In this document: positions 1 to 9,209 of the stretch, piece after piece
How the letters are laid out: each line of letters begins with the position of its first letter
Numbering within the stretch: the first letter of the stretch is position 1
Assembly: GCA_016234585.1 (NCBI GenBank)
Contig: JACRBB010000031.1
Location: forward strand, 1 to 46,274
DNA from: Candidatus Saccharimonadota bacterium
Lineage (GTDB): Bacteria > Patescibacteriota > Saccharimonadia > Saccharimonadales > UBA10212
Reading direction: 5' to 3'
Length of the DNA stretch: 46,274 nucleotides
The notes under the pieces: generated by a model
What the model was told of the DNA's origin: nothing
What the model saw: only the letters and a program-made list of their open reading frames with translations
The model's database searches: none
Position numbers and translations under genes: made by a program

Positions 1-222
1 AAGACCATCTTGGAGTTGCTGCCAGGGCTTAATCCGGCGCGCTAAATCAGCTTCGCGCTTGCTGGTCACCTGGGCTTTTTTGTTATCGGCCCAAAAGTCG
101 GATTTAGCCATGTTGGCACGAAGCTCATCAAGCTCAGACTTTAGTTTGCTTAAATCAAGGCGAGCGTAAACCGCGTTGATTTCACCTTTAAGATGGGCGA
201 CCTGCGCCTTGAGTTGATCCAT
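1..222 (-). CDS. prfB: Peptide chain release factor 2, N-terminal fragment (runs off the window start)
   Basis: Hand translation of the minus strand from ATG (CAT at 220-222) gives MDQLKAQVAHLKGEINAVYARLDLSKLKSELDELRANMAKSDFWADNKKAQVTSKREADLARRIKPWQQLQDGL, open to position 1. This fits the RF2 N-terminal helical domain pattern (DFW.D..KAQ...KRE). RF1 is encoded separately at 33437-34495. Linkage to secA is common. Confidence 0.6.
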   Translation of the reverse strand, partial: MDQLKAQVAHLKGEINAVYARLDLSKLKSELDELRANMAKSDFWADNKKAQVTSKREADLARRIKPWQQLQDGL

Positions 223-241
223 ATTAAAAGTATACCTGCTT

Positions 242-1534
242 TCAGACGTCCCAGAGCGGACGGGTGAGTTCGTAGAGTTGGTCGGCGAGAACTTGGCGGC
301 TTTTGCTGGCACTTAAAACTCCAAGAGCGCTGATATTATCACTGAACATCCGCTGCGAGACTTTTTGGATGCGAGCGGCCGTAACGGCGTTAATCCTTTC
401 GGGGATGGCATGGTAATCATTGATGGTATCATCGAAATAATAGCGGCCGGCGTAACCGGATACCGTACCGCCAACGGTCTGGCCGCTGCGCTGGTGACGC
501 CCCAGCAAATATTGCTTAGCGGCGTTTAAATCGTCCGAGCTGATATCACCGGCCTTAGCCCTTTGGAGTTCTCTGATCATAATCTCAAAAAGCGGTGGCG
601 CGTTCTTGACCATAACCTGAGCGCCAAACCACCAACCCGTATAATTCCTGGCTATATCCAGCCCCGAATCCATGGAGTAGACCAGGCCACGCTCGCGGGC
701 CTCACCCAAAATCCGTGAGTGCAGCGTAGCTGTAAGCATTGTGTTAACCATTTCCAGGGCGTCCATTTCAGGATCGGAAAAGCGTGTCATAGCAAAAGTA
801 TTCAAGCCAAAATACATATTTTTAACGGATGAACGGACGATAAATACCGGTTTATCCAAGTTGGCCGGTTCTTCAACCGGAAGTTCAAAACGAGAGCGGC
901 CTTTAGGCAGTTTAACCGATTCCAAGATACGCTTGAGCTGACTATGCCGACCTTTTAAGTCGCCGGCGATTATGAACCTCATGTTGGTAGTAATATGAGT
1001 TTTTTTGTAATGGTCTATCAAATCCTGGCGTTTGACGTTCTTCATTTGCCGCAGGCGTTCACGGTCGGTCATAGATAATAGCCCTTGGGTTTCGTTGACG
1101 GTCGTAGCCAAGGTTCTGAAGTGATTATTAGACCTCGAGTTTAACTCATCTTTGACATTACCGTATTCGGCAATAAATTCTTCGCGTAGAAACAACGGTT
1201 TAGCCACCGCCAGTAGTAGTAGTTCTAAAATACGCTGCCATTCAAAATCGGCACATTCAGCTTCGTAGGTGATACTGATGGTGCCGGTTGAGGCGTTGGT
1301 ATAGGCGCCGTTTTTTTCAAACTCCGCCTGAAACACCCGGGCTTTTTTGTATTTCTCATTAGCGCCCAACACCACATGCTCCATCAGATGTGGTACTTCC
1401 CACTTTTGACGCGGCACCAAGTATTCACCGGCCCTGAAGCTAAATTCATAATCCATGACCGTGGCCCCAGGCACATCAATGAACAGCCCTCGAGCGCCGT
1501 TTTTAAGCTGTACTTCCGTTACGCTGTGTTTCAA
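242..1534 (-). CDS. M16 (pitrilysin/insulinase) family zinc peptidase
   Basis: 430-aa ORF with the inverted zinc-binding motif HxxEH, present as HLMEH (…WEVPHLMEHVVLGANEKY…). Length fits the two-lobed M16 fold. Confidence 0.75.
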   Translation of the reverse strand: MKHSVTEVQLKNGARGLFIDVPGATVMDYEFSFRAGEYLVPRQKWEVPHLMEHVVLGANEKYKKARVFQAEFEKNGAYTNASTGTISITYEAECADFEWQRILELLLLAVAKPLFLREEFIAEYGNVKDELNSRSNNHFRTLATTVNETQGLLSMTDRERLRQMKNVKRQDLIDHYKKTHITTNMRFIIAGDLKGRHSQLKRILESVKLPKGRSRFELPVEEPANLDKPVFIVRSSVKNMYFGLNTFAMTRFSDPEMDALEMVNTMLTATLHSRILGEARERGLVYSMDSGLDIARNYTGWWFGAQVMVKNAPPLFEIMIRELQRAKAGDISSDDLNAAKQYLLGRHQRSGQTVGGTVSGYAGRYYFDDTINDYHAIPERINAVTAARIQKVSQRMFSDNISALGVLSASKSRQVLADQLYELTRPLWDV

Positions 1535-1536
1535 GG

Positions 1537-4152
1537 TTATTTTTTCTTCTTTCGCTTGGCGGGTTTTTTGCGTTGGCGTTCGGCTTTGCGGGCTTTTTTT
1601 CGAGCCGCTTTGAGCTTGGCTTCTTTGGCTTCGTCTTCGCGTTGAGGTGTGAAGTCGGTCTCTTTATATTCGTCGGCGCTTAGGATTTGGCTGGCATTCT
1701 CAACTGAGCCTCGGGCGGCACGGGTCAATTCGGTCTCTACCGCCCGGTCCATATCATCTTCGTCCAATGGCTGGGCGTGCATGATTGCTCTTACTATTTC
1801 ATGTCTCAATGTGGCCTGCATATCGTCAAACAATCTTTGGCCTTGGCGACGATACTCAACCAACGGGTCGCGTTGGCCAACAGATATCCAATGGATGCCC
1901 TGGCGCAGATGGTCCATATTCTCCAGATGCTGCATCCAGAGGTTGTCCAATACTTGTAAATAAATGTCACGTTCTACTTTACGCATCACATCATCGCCAA
2001 AAGCTTTTTCTTGGCTTGTGTAGTGGCCGTTAGCGGCTTTATTTAGGGCATCTTCAAACTTATCGGCAGCTGTATCGAAAAGTTTATCTAAAGTCGGCTC
2101 GTCAACCGGGAAAACTTCTGTAAGAATCGACTCGTAAGTATCACTGGTTGATTCGGGATGAACCACTAAAGCCCGACATTCTTCTTCGATGAACTTACGG
2201 ATTCTGGGACTGATGTCGCCGGACTTTAGGATTTCACGGCGCATGATGTAAATAGCCCGACGGTGACGGTTCATGACGTCGTCGTACTGCACAACGTTTT
2301 TACGTTGGTCGAAGTTAAAACCCTCAACCTTTTTCTGAGCACCTTCTAGGCTGCGGCTAATCATCCGGCTTTCTATGGGGGTTTTATCGTCTACTTTTAG
2401 TCTGTCCATAATGCTGGCAATTCGGTCACCGCCGTAAATTCGCATAAGGTCATCCTCGCAGGACACGTAAAACTGGGTGACGCCCGGGTCGCCTTGGCGG
2501 CCGGCGCGGCCCCGCAACTGGTTGTCGATACGCCGGGACTCATGGCGCTCGGTACCCAGAACAAACAGACCGCCAAGTTCCTTGACTCCCTCGCCAAGCA
2601 CAATGTCGGTACCACGCCCGGCAATATTGGTAGCCAGCGTTACCGCGCCTTTATGACCAGCTTTAGCTACGATAGCCGCTTCGCGTTCGTTGTTTTTTGC
2701 GTTTAGAATCTGATGCGGCACGTTCGAGCTTTTTAACATTGACGATAGCACTTCGTTTTTCTCGATGCTGACCGTACCCAGCAATACCGGCTGGCCTTTT
2801 TTATGAAGTTCTTTTACCTCGGCGGCAATGGCTCGCATCTTACCGTTCTCGGTTTTGTATATCCGGTCCGGTAAATCTTGACGTACGAGCTTACGGTTAG
2901 CTGGTACTTCCACTACGTTCAGCTTGTAAATTTGATGGAACTCTTCGCTTTCGGTCATGGCCGTTCCAGTCATGCCGGCTAACTTGTTATATAAACGGAA
3001 GTAGTTCTGGAAAGAGATGGTCGCCAGAGTCATGGATTCTTCCTGAACCTCCACGCCCTCTTTAGCCTCGATAGCCTGGTGCAAACCCTCGTTGTAACGC
3101 CGACCGCGTAGCAACCGGCCAGTAAAGTCGTCGACTATGACAATCTCGCCGTCAGTTGTAACCACGTAGTCTTTGTCGCGCTTGAATAAGGTCTGGGCGC
3201 GCAAGGCTTGCTCTAGGTGGTAAATAGTCCTTAGGTTTTCGGTAGCGTAAAGATTACCGATACCCAGTATCTTTTCTACCTCCTCAACGCCGGTATCGGT
3301 CAGGATTACACTGCGACGTTTCTCGTCTTTTTCATAGTGTTCGGTCTCTTTAAGCGGGCGGACAACTTTGGCGAATTGCAGATAAGCTGCCCCGCTGGCG
3401 GTAGCTGGCGCGCTGATAATTAGCGGTGTGCGGGCTTCGTCAATCAAAATGGAGTCTACCTCGTCCACGATAGCGTAGTGCAGGTCGCGTTGCCGCAATT
3501 GGTCTTCTTCGCGGACCATGTTGTCGCGCAGGTAATCAAAACCGTACTCGTTGTTGGTGCCATAGGTGATGTCGGCGCCGTAAGCCTCTTGGCGAGTGGC
3601 TGGTTTTAGGTGGTGCATGCGCTCGTCAAAGTGTTCCTTATTCTCATAGGCAGCGTCATATATATAAGACTGGTCGGGGATGATAACACCTACGCTCAAA
3701 CCTAAAAAGTCATAAATCTGGGCCATCCAACCGGCATCGCGCTGAGCCAGGTAGTCGTTTACGGTTACCACATGCGCGCCCTTGCCCTCTAGGGCGTTCA
3801 GGTAAATCGGCAAAGTGGCTACCAGGGTCTTACCTTCACCGGTTTTCATCTCGGCCACGTTGCCTTCGTGCAGTACCATTCCACCAATCAGCTGCACATC
3901 GAAGTGACGCTGTTTCAGCGTTCGGGTGGCTGCTTCTTTAACCACCGCGAAAGCATCGGGTAAAATTTTATCCAGACTATTACCGTCGGCCAGCCTTTTT
4001 TTAAGCACGTTAGTCTGGTCCTTAAGCTTGGCGTCAGACATTTTTTTATACTTATCCGCCAGCGCATTGACTTGTTTGACACGTTTTCGCAGCCGCTTGA
4101 TAGTAGCGGCTTGCGGGTCGCCCAAAACTTTTTTCAAAAACTTAGTGTTCAT
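1537..4152 (-). CDS. secA: Preprotein translocase ATPase SecA
   Basis: 871 aa. Contains Walker A MKTGEGKT, VDEVDSILIDEARTPLIIS and GTERHESRRIDNQLRGRAGRQGDPG. The C-terminal tail is Lys-rich and lacks the Cys/His zinc motif. Confidence 0.97.
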   Translation of the reverse strand: MNTKFLKKVLGDPQAATIKRLRKRVKQVNALADKYKKMSDAKLKDQTNVLKKRLADGNSLDKILPDAFAVVKEAATRTLKQRHFDVQLIGGMVLHEGNVAEMKTGEGKTLVATLPIYLNALEGKGAHVVTVNDYLAQRDAGWMAQIYDFLGLSVGVIIPDQSYIYDAAYENKEHFDERMHHLKPATRQEAYGADITYGTNNEYGFDYLRDNMVREEDQLRQRDLHYAIVDEVDSILIDEARTPLIISAPATASGAAYLQFAKVVRPLKETEHYEKDEKRRSVILTDTGVEEVEKILGIGNLYATENLRTIYHLEQALRAQTLFKRDKDYVVTTDGEIVIVDDFTGRLLRGRRYNEGLHQAIEAKEGVEVQEESMTLATISFQNYFRLYNKLAGMTGTAMTESEEFHQIYKLNVVEVPANRKLVRQDLPDRIYKTENGKMRAIAAEVKELHKKGQPVLLGTVSIEKNEVLSSMLKSSNVPHQILNAKNNEREAAIVAKAGHKGAVTLATNIAGRGTDIVLGEGVKELGGLFVLGTERHESRRIDNQLRGRAGRQGDPGVTQFYVSCEDDLMRIYGGDRIASIMDRLKVDDKTPIESRMISRSLEGAQKKVEGFNFDQRKNVVQYDDVMNRHRRAIYIMRREILKSGDISPRIRKFIEEECRALVVHPESTSDTYESILTEVFPVDEPTLDKLFDTAADKFEDALNKAANGHYTSQEKAFGDDVMRKVERDIYLQVLDNLWMQHLENMDHLRQGIHWISVGQRDPLVEYRRQGQRLFDDMQATLRHEIVRAIMHAQPLDEDDMDRAVETELTRAARGSVENASQILSADEYKETDFTPQREDEAKEAKLKAARKKARKAERQRKKPAKRKKKK

Positions 4153-4269
4153 AATTCAAATAGTCCAAGTGGTCGGACAGTATAATCTCCTAGAATTTGT
4201 CTGCTCTTTAATCTGCAAAGCTAACTTATATTTTATCCTAAAACCGGTGTGAAAGCTAAGGATAACCTA

Positions 4270-5565
4270 CTAAATTGTTTCCTGATTGCCCATGTAGGGC
4301 CTTAGAACTTCCGGAATTTTAATATTACCATCAGCGATCTGGTAGTTTTCTATGATGGCAACCATTGTGCGGCCCATAGCAAAAGCTGTGGCATCGTTGG
4401 TATGGACAAGCTTTGTGCCCTCTGTTGTTTTTACACGGGTGTTCATGCCACGGGCCTGGAAGTCAGTAATAAAATCAGCCGTGTGAGTCTCCACATATTT
4501 ATTTTGGCCCGGGAGCCAGGTATTTATGTCCATACCACGGGCATTAGGAAAACCAATGTCCGCCGTACACTTGTTAAGAAGCTGATAAGGCAATTTGAGT
4601 TGTTGCATCAAGTACTCCTGCACGGCCACCATAAAGTGGTGCTCTTTCAGGCCGTCTTCCGGCTTGGTAAAGCTTTCCATCTCCAGCTTATCGAACTGAT
4701 GTTGCCGGATTATACCCTCCATGTCTTTGCCGTAGGTACCAGCTTCACGACGAAAAGCAGTGGTGTAACCGACATACCTAAGCGGCATCTCAGAATCGTC
4801 CAAAATTTCGTTTAGGTACATCGGTGCCAGGGTGTGTTCGGCGCTGGCATTCAGCCAAAGATCATCATCTTCGAGTTTATAGGTCTGCTCTTCTTTGTTG
4901 AGCCGGCCGGTTGCTTGGTACACCTCCGTGCGCGCTACTGCAGGCGGCAGCACCGGAACAAAGGCTTTAGATACAATATCAAGCCCGGCATCCTGAATAA
5001 TTTTTTTAACCGTTTCCTGACTAGTTAAGACGTCCAGACCGAACTGGATTATGGCGAACTGTAGTTTTACCAAATCGCCTTTTATGTAAGCAAAGCGGCT
5101 GCCGGCCACTTTGGCCGCCCGTTCTTTATCAATCAGTCCCCGACTCTCGGCAATCTGCCAGTGGGTCTTTGGTTCAAAATCAAACTTTGGCTTTTCGCCC
5201 CACTCTTTGGTAACTACGTTTTCGGCTTCGGACGCTCCAACTGGAACATCATCACTCGGCACATTAGGCACGGCATTTAACTGTTTTTCAAATTCCTCTT
5301 CCAGGGGTTTTAACCGGGCTTCACAATCGGTTAAGTGATCTTTTAGGTGCTTTCCTTTTTCTACCATCTCCGGTAAGGGTTTTTGACCTTTGGCTTGTTC
5401 GGCCAGTTCATTACGCTGGGCCCGAACCGTTTCTATATCGGCCAGCATCTCCCGCCGCCTCTTATCCAGCTCCAAAAGTTTCGGGATATCAACCTCGTAG
5501 CCCTTTTGTTTGGACTTCTCGGCAACCAGCTCGGCATTCTCCCGGATAAAACGGATATCTAGCAT
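4270..5565 (-). CDS. serS: Seryl-tRNA synthetase
   Basis: 431 aa. N-terminal coiled-coil arm, then class II core motifs (TTAFRREAGTYG, GRTMVAIIENYQ). Confidence 0.93.
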   Translation of the reverse strand: MLDIRFIRENAELVAEKSKQKGYEVDIPKLLELDKRRREMLADIETVRAQRNELAEQAKGQKPLPEMVEKGKHLKDHLTDCEARLKPLEEEFEKQLNAVPNVPSDDVPVGASEAENVVTKEWGEKPKFDFEPKTHWQIAESRGLIDKERAAKVAGSRFAYIKGDLVKLQFAIIQFGLDVLTSQETVKKIIQDAGLDIVSKAFVPVLPPAVARTEVYQATGRLNKEEQTYKLEDDDLWLNASAEHTLAPMYLNEILDDSEMPLRYVGYTTAFRREAGTYGKDMEGIIRQHQFDKLEMESFTKPEDGLKEHHFMVAVQEYLMQQLKLPYQLLNKCTADIGFPNARGMDINTWLPGQNKYVETHTADFITDFQARGMNTRVKTTEGTKLVHTNDATAFAMGRTMVAIIENYQIADGNIKIPEVLRPYMGNQETI

Positions 5566-5611
5566 GACTTACATTATATCTATTAAGATCAAAATTGTTA
5601 TCATTAATTAG

Positions 5612-6139
5612 ATGGATATAGCTAAGACATATAAAATCTGCCCACGCTGCGGCAACAGGTTTAAACAAAAATCTACGCATTTGCAATGTCAAAGCTGCGG
5701 CCTGAGTCTTTACTTAAATCCTAAACCTACAACCACAGTAGTCATGGTCAATAAAAGTGGTGAATACCTACTGGTCGAGAGAGCCGTTGAACCAGCCAAG
5801 GGTTACTGGGATTTTCCGGGTGGATTCGTAGAAGAAAATGAAATTTTTGAAGAGAACGCTCGACGTGAAATGAAAGAAGAGTTAGGTATAGAGCTTGGCA
5901 AGTTAACTTACATAGGTTCGATAACAGCCCCTTATTTGTTTCAGGGTGTTATTTATCCAGCTCTATCGGTTATTTTTATAACTGAGCTGCTTAAAGGCAC
6001 GACACTTAAACCAGACGACGATGTGGCCAGTTACGCTATGTTTGCACCCGACAAGCTGCCGCTTGATAAATTAGCTTTCCCAGAAATAAAAAATACACTT
6101 GAACTAGTAGCCAAATACCTAAAAAATCATAAAATTTAG
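5612..6139 (+). CDS. NUDIX hydrolase with N-terminal zinc ribbon
   Basis: CPRCG…CQSCG zinc ribbon, followed by the Nudix box GGFVEENEIFEENARREMKEELGI (Gx5Ex7REUxEExGU). Confidence 0.85.
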   Translation: MDIAKTYKICPRCGNRFKQKSTHLQCQSCGLSLYLNPKPTTTVVMVNKSGEYLLVERAVEPAKGYWDFPGGFVEENEIFEENARREMKEELGIELGKLTYIGSITAPYLFQGVIYPALSVIFITELLKGTTLKPDDDVASYAMFAPDKLPLDKLAFPEIKNTLELVAKYLKNHKI

Positions 6140-6156
6140 CTAAAAGCTATAGAATA

Positions 6157-6930
6157 TTAGCGCTTTCGCTTCCTGTTTCGCAACGAAGTAATGGTCAGCT
6201 CGGTACGGGACCTGGCATAGGCACAGTATTCGCAGTCGGCGGCCTCTTTGGGCATATCGTCGGACTCCAGACAATCCTTAATCTTCCGCAACGTCGGTTC
6301 CACCCATTTATCACTGCCCTTGTACGGAAAAACGTTGGTTCTAAATTCTACCTTATTAAAGAAGCCCTCGCCTTTGGCGATACCATTGGCATAAACAAAG
6401 TAGCCGGTGTCGCTGACTTTGTGGCCTTCACCCCTAAGCAACCATTGGTAAACTTCCATTTGCCGTCGGTAAGCATCGTGCCACTTGGAGTCTTCCAAAT
6501 CAGTAATTTCTTTGTTTTTAGCGGTGGCCTTGTAGTCTACCACAACCAGTTCGCCCTTGGGTGTCTCCCAAACGTCGTCCACCCCGCCAAAGATCAAAAA
6601 ATTGGTCGGTTTATGAAGGTGTTGCACTCCAGTAAACGTGTGGCGCCATCTGTTTAGGTGAGCGTGTTTGAACGGCTTGGCGTCTATTTTAAATTCTATC
6701 TGCCAGGGGTGCTGCTGGCCTTTTTCGCGGTAAGTATCAAACTCTGTTTTAAGCAGTTCGTCCACAGCGCTGTTGATCAAAAACGGTGGCATGCTGGGCT
6801 GGCCAATGCCAAGCCGTCTATCCAGCCAGAAACATCTGGAACACCTTATAAAGTTCTCTATCTTGCTGCGGCTTAGTTTGTACGCAGTTTTTTGGCCGGG
6901 CTGATAGCTCGGCGATCTCTCATATGCCAT
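6157..6930 (-). CDS. PD-(D/E)XK nuclease, Cas4/RecB-like with Cys cluster
   Basis: VVVDYKATAK (D-x-K core). N-terminal CSRC plus C-terminal C-x13-C-x2-C (DCLES…ADCEYCAY), as in Cas4-type Fe-S nucleases. Confidence 0.6.
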   Translation of the reverse strand: MAYERSPSYQPGQKTAYKLSRSKIENFIRCSRCFWLDRRLGIGQPSMPPFLINSAVDELLKTEFDTYREKGQQHPWQIEFKIDAKPFKHAHLNRWRHTFTGVQHLHKPTNFLIFGGVDDVWETPKGELVVVDYKATAKNKEITDLEDSKWHDAYRRQMEVYQWLLRGEGHKVSDTGYFVYANGIAKGEGFFNKVEFRTNVFPYKGSDKWVEPTLRKIKDCLESDDMPKEAADCEYCAYARSRTELTITSLRNRKRKR

Positions 6931-6957
6931 TACTGTCTATTGTAGCAGTACCGGTTG

Positions 6958-7512
6958 CTACAGGCTTATTGAAGGAGTATCGGTCTGTGAAGACGACCCA
7001 CTGTTATCCAGGCATTTATAGTAAGCATCCAGTGATGTGTAGTCTAGGCAATTTGAACTATCGGATATGTAAGGTTTTACGGTCTGACAGTTTTGACCTT
7101 TTTTGTGAGTGTAGAGCATATAGCTATCAAAATAGTCACCCTGCGTATCACCGGGAGCACTACCCCTCCCCGTTGTTGAATCCGAACCGTACAAAGCCCC
7201 GGTGAATAAGGACGCCCAGCCTGCGTCATAACCGTCACTAGCCCCTGAGAAAGTGGCACAAAGTTTATATTTACTGGAACTTAGCTTTGTGTAAGTTATA
7301 GTGCTTGGCACGTCTTTGATACCAGCGGCAGCTAAGTCACTAGGGATAGTATTTTTTTGACTTATGTAATTGTCTAGCTTGGTTGATATCGACCCGGCTT
7401 TATCAAGAGTATCCTTATCTGTCTTGGCACTTTTGGCTTGACTTAGAGTTATAACTAGCAGGCCAATGGCTCCGAACATCAAAAGCATCAAGCCGATGTA
7501 ATATTTTTTCAT
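6958..7512 (-). CDS. Hypothetical membrane-anchored/secreted protein (4 Cys in the C-terminal half)
   Basis: N-terminal hydrophobic anchor MKKYYIGLMLLMFGAIGLLVITL. No recognised domain. Tight spacing to the upstream gene on the same strand. Confidence 0.6.
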   Translation of the reverse strand: MKKYYIGLMLLMFGAIGLLVITLSQAKSAKTDKDTLDKAGSISTKLDNYISQKNTIPSDLAAAGIKDVPSTITYTKLSSSKYKLCATFSGASDGYDAGWASLFTGALYGSDSTTGRGSAPGDTQGDYFDSYMLYTHKKGQNCQTVKPYISDSSNCLDYTSLDAYYKCLDNSGSSSQTDTPSISL

Positions 7513-7530
7513 AATCTACAGTTTAGATTA

Positions 7531-8172
7531 CTAATTCTTACCCTTCATAGCGCGGTGCTCGTCAAACCAATAGTATGCCAGTACCCCACCGGCGATAATT
7601 AAAACTACAGCCAGATCGGCAATGGTTTTACCGACAGACGTATCCGAGTTACCGCTAACTTTTCGCAAAACAATATAAGCGAATACAGACAAATTGATAA
7701 GGCACGTCACAAAGGCCAGTAACTGCGTGATTTGCGACCACCTACGCTTTGACGGATCCACTCTCAGGGACGGGTTGGATAACTCAGCGCTGCGTAGTCT
7801 TATGAAAAGTAGTCCGAAAATCGGCAAAGAAGTTATTAAGGCTGACACCGGCGCTATTAGAAGATCGAAGGACGTGCCGGAGTTAATTAGGTTGAGTAAC
7901 GCCCAGGCCATCGCCGCGGCTGACGTCCAAAGAGCTATAGTCATCATGGCGTATTCCACGCCGTGAATGCTAAGTACCTTGACTACTGGAACCGGCAAAC
8001 TAGTGTCCGAGGTACCAAGCCTTGGCTCTAGTTTTTCAGTTGGCTCAACTGCCTCTGGTGGCAAAGGTGGTGACCAGGCCGGGTTAGAATGGGTCTGAAA
8101 CTGATGCGGCTGCGGCGCGAGTGATGGGTCGGGCGCAGAACTGATTGGTTGATATGGATCATTTGGTGGCAT
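7531..8172 (-). CDS. Hypothetical multi-pass membrane protein with Pro-rich N-terminus
   Basis: 213 aa. About 60 aa of Pro-rich N-terminus, followed by about 4 hydrophobic segments. No recognised family. Confidence 0.6.
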   Translation of the reverse strand: MPPNDPYQPISSAPDPSLAPQPHQFQTHSNPAWSPPLPPEAVEPTEKLEPRLGTSDTSLPVPVVKVLSIHGVEYAMMTIALWTSAAAMAWALLNLINSGTSFDLLIAPVSALITSLPIFGLLFIRLRSAELSNPSLRVDPSKRRWSQITQLLAFVTCLINLSVFAYIVLRKVSGNSDTSVGKTIADLAVVLIIAGGVLAYYWFDEHRAMKGKN

Positions 8173-8247
8173 AATTTGATACCCTGCCCTTATTACTTTA
8201 GCTGGATATTAGCATAAGCGCTAAGCAAAAACAAAGAACTTTTTAAG

Positions 8248-8352
8248 CTAACCGGCTAACCACACGGCCAGAGCTGAAACCGCTGCTAAAAATATCGCGA
8301 TAACTATGACTATGATTGAAACACTTTTGGGAGTCGGTTGCGGTTTTGGCAT
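8248..8352 (-). CDS. Candidate 34-aa single-pass membrane micropeptide (not in the ORF track)
   Basis: Hand translation gives MPKPQPTPKSVSIIVIVIAIFLAAVSALAVWLAG*. The ATG lies 4 nt after the heliorhodopsin stop. GAGG (CCTC at 8363-8366 on the + strand) sits about 10 nt upstream of the ATG. Confidence 0.4.
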   Translation of the reverse strand: MPKPQPTPKSVSIIVIVIAIFLAAVSALAVWLAG

Positions 8353-8356
8353 AAGT

Positions 8357-9190
8357 TTAAGGCCTCAAGCTGCCAGCGAATATTTGCCAAGCCAAAGCGC
8401 TTTTGGCAACCAGGCTTAGGATGATATAAACTCGCTCGCCGTATAAATAATTGCTCCAACGGCCGACTTTTTTGTACTGCAGGTACATATTAATCGCAAA
8501 ACTACTGAATAAAATGAACAGGCTGCCATAAATAAAGTACACAAAAGTTGGTATGCCACTGCCATAAATAACCGCGTCTTTTACATAAACGGCCACTACC
8601 AGCCACGGGATTATACCGGCCAGGATTCCCAGCAAGTAACTTAGCCAGCTGGTCTTTTTGGTGGTCTGATTGTGGACTTCCATGACAAGACCCAACAGAC
8701 TCATCACAGCCACCAGACCAAAAATCATAAACAGGCTGGAAAAATCAAAGATACCCGACAGCAATCCAATGCCAACCATCATGGTACTGGCTGAAAAAGC
8801 GTATTCTATCCAGCGGGCCCGATTAATTCCTATCCGCAAGTCTTTTACATATTTCTTGTAATAGTTATTCGCTACCAACCAATGGGCGATGGCGCTTATG
8901 AAGAAAAAGGCCGCGACTAAGTAGGCCAGCTTAAGGTCGAACAAATGATGGGTGGCGCTGACCAAAACCGGATGCCCAACTGCTTCGCTGGCAAGTTTGT
9001 CTTGAGTCAGGTAGCTAGTGGTTATGGGTTCTATACCGCGGGCCGGGTCGGCCAAAATTAAAACCGCTACACCTTGTAAGGCGTGCAAAGCGGCCGCGGC
9101 CAAGTTCATTTTGCGCAAGTTGACGTAGGTTATTTTTGGACCGGTAAAATCTTTTAAAGAAAATCGATTTTTAGTTGCTGACATGGCCAA
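8357..9190 (-). CDS. Heliorhodopsin (7-TM retinal protein, inverted topology family)
   Basis: The C-terminal stretch RWSNYLYGERVYIILSLVAKSALAWQIFAGSL is nearly identical to heliorhodopsin 48C12 as I recall it (KWSNYLRGERAYIVLSLVAKSALAWQIFSGTL). Schiff-base Lys is present (K263 in LVAKSAL). Counterion Glu is present (E129 in RWIEYAFSAS). Both conserved His are present (H36 in AALHALQ, H103 in AIAHWLV). Confidence 0.88.
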   Translation of the reverse strand: MAMSATKNRFSLKDFTGPKITYVNLRKMNLAAAALHALQGVAVLILADPARGIEPITTSYLTQDKLASEAVGHPVLVSATHHLFDLKLAYLVAAFFFISAIAHWLVANNYYKKYVKDLRIGINRARWIEYAFSASTMMVGIGLLSGIFDFSSLFMIFGLVAVMSLLGLVMEVHNQTTKKTSWLSYLLGILAGIIPWLVVAVYVKDAVIYGSGIPTFVYFIYGSLFILFSSFAINMYLQYKKVGRWSNYLYGERVYIILSLVAKSALAWQIFAGSLRP

Positions 9191-9209
9191 ATCATATCAT
9201 AAAACTTAA

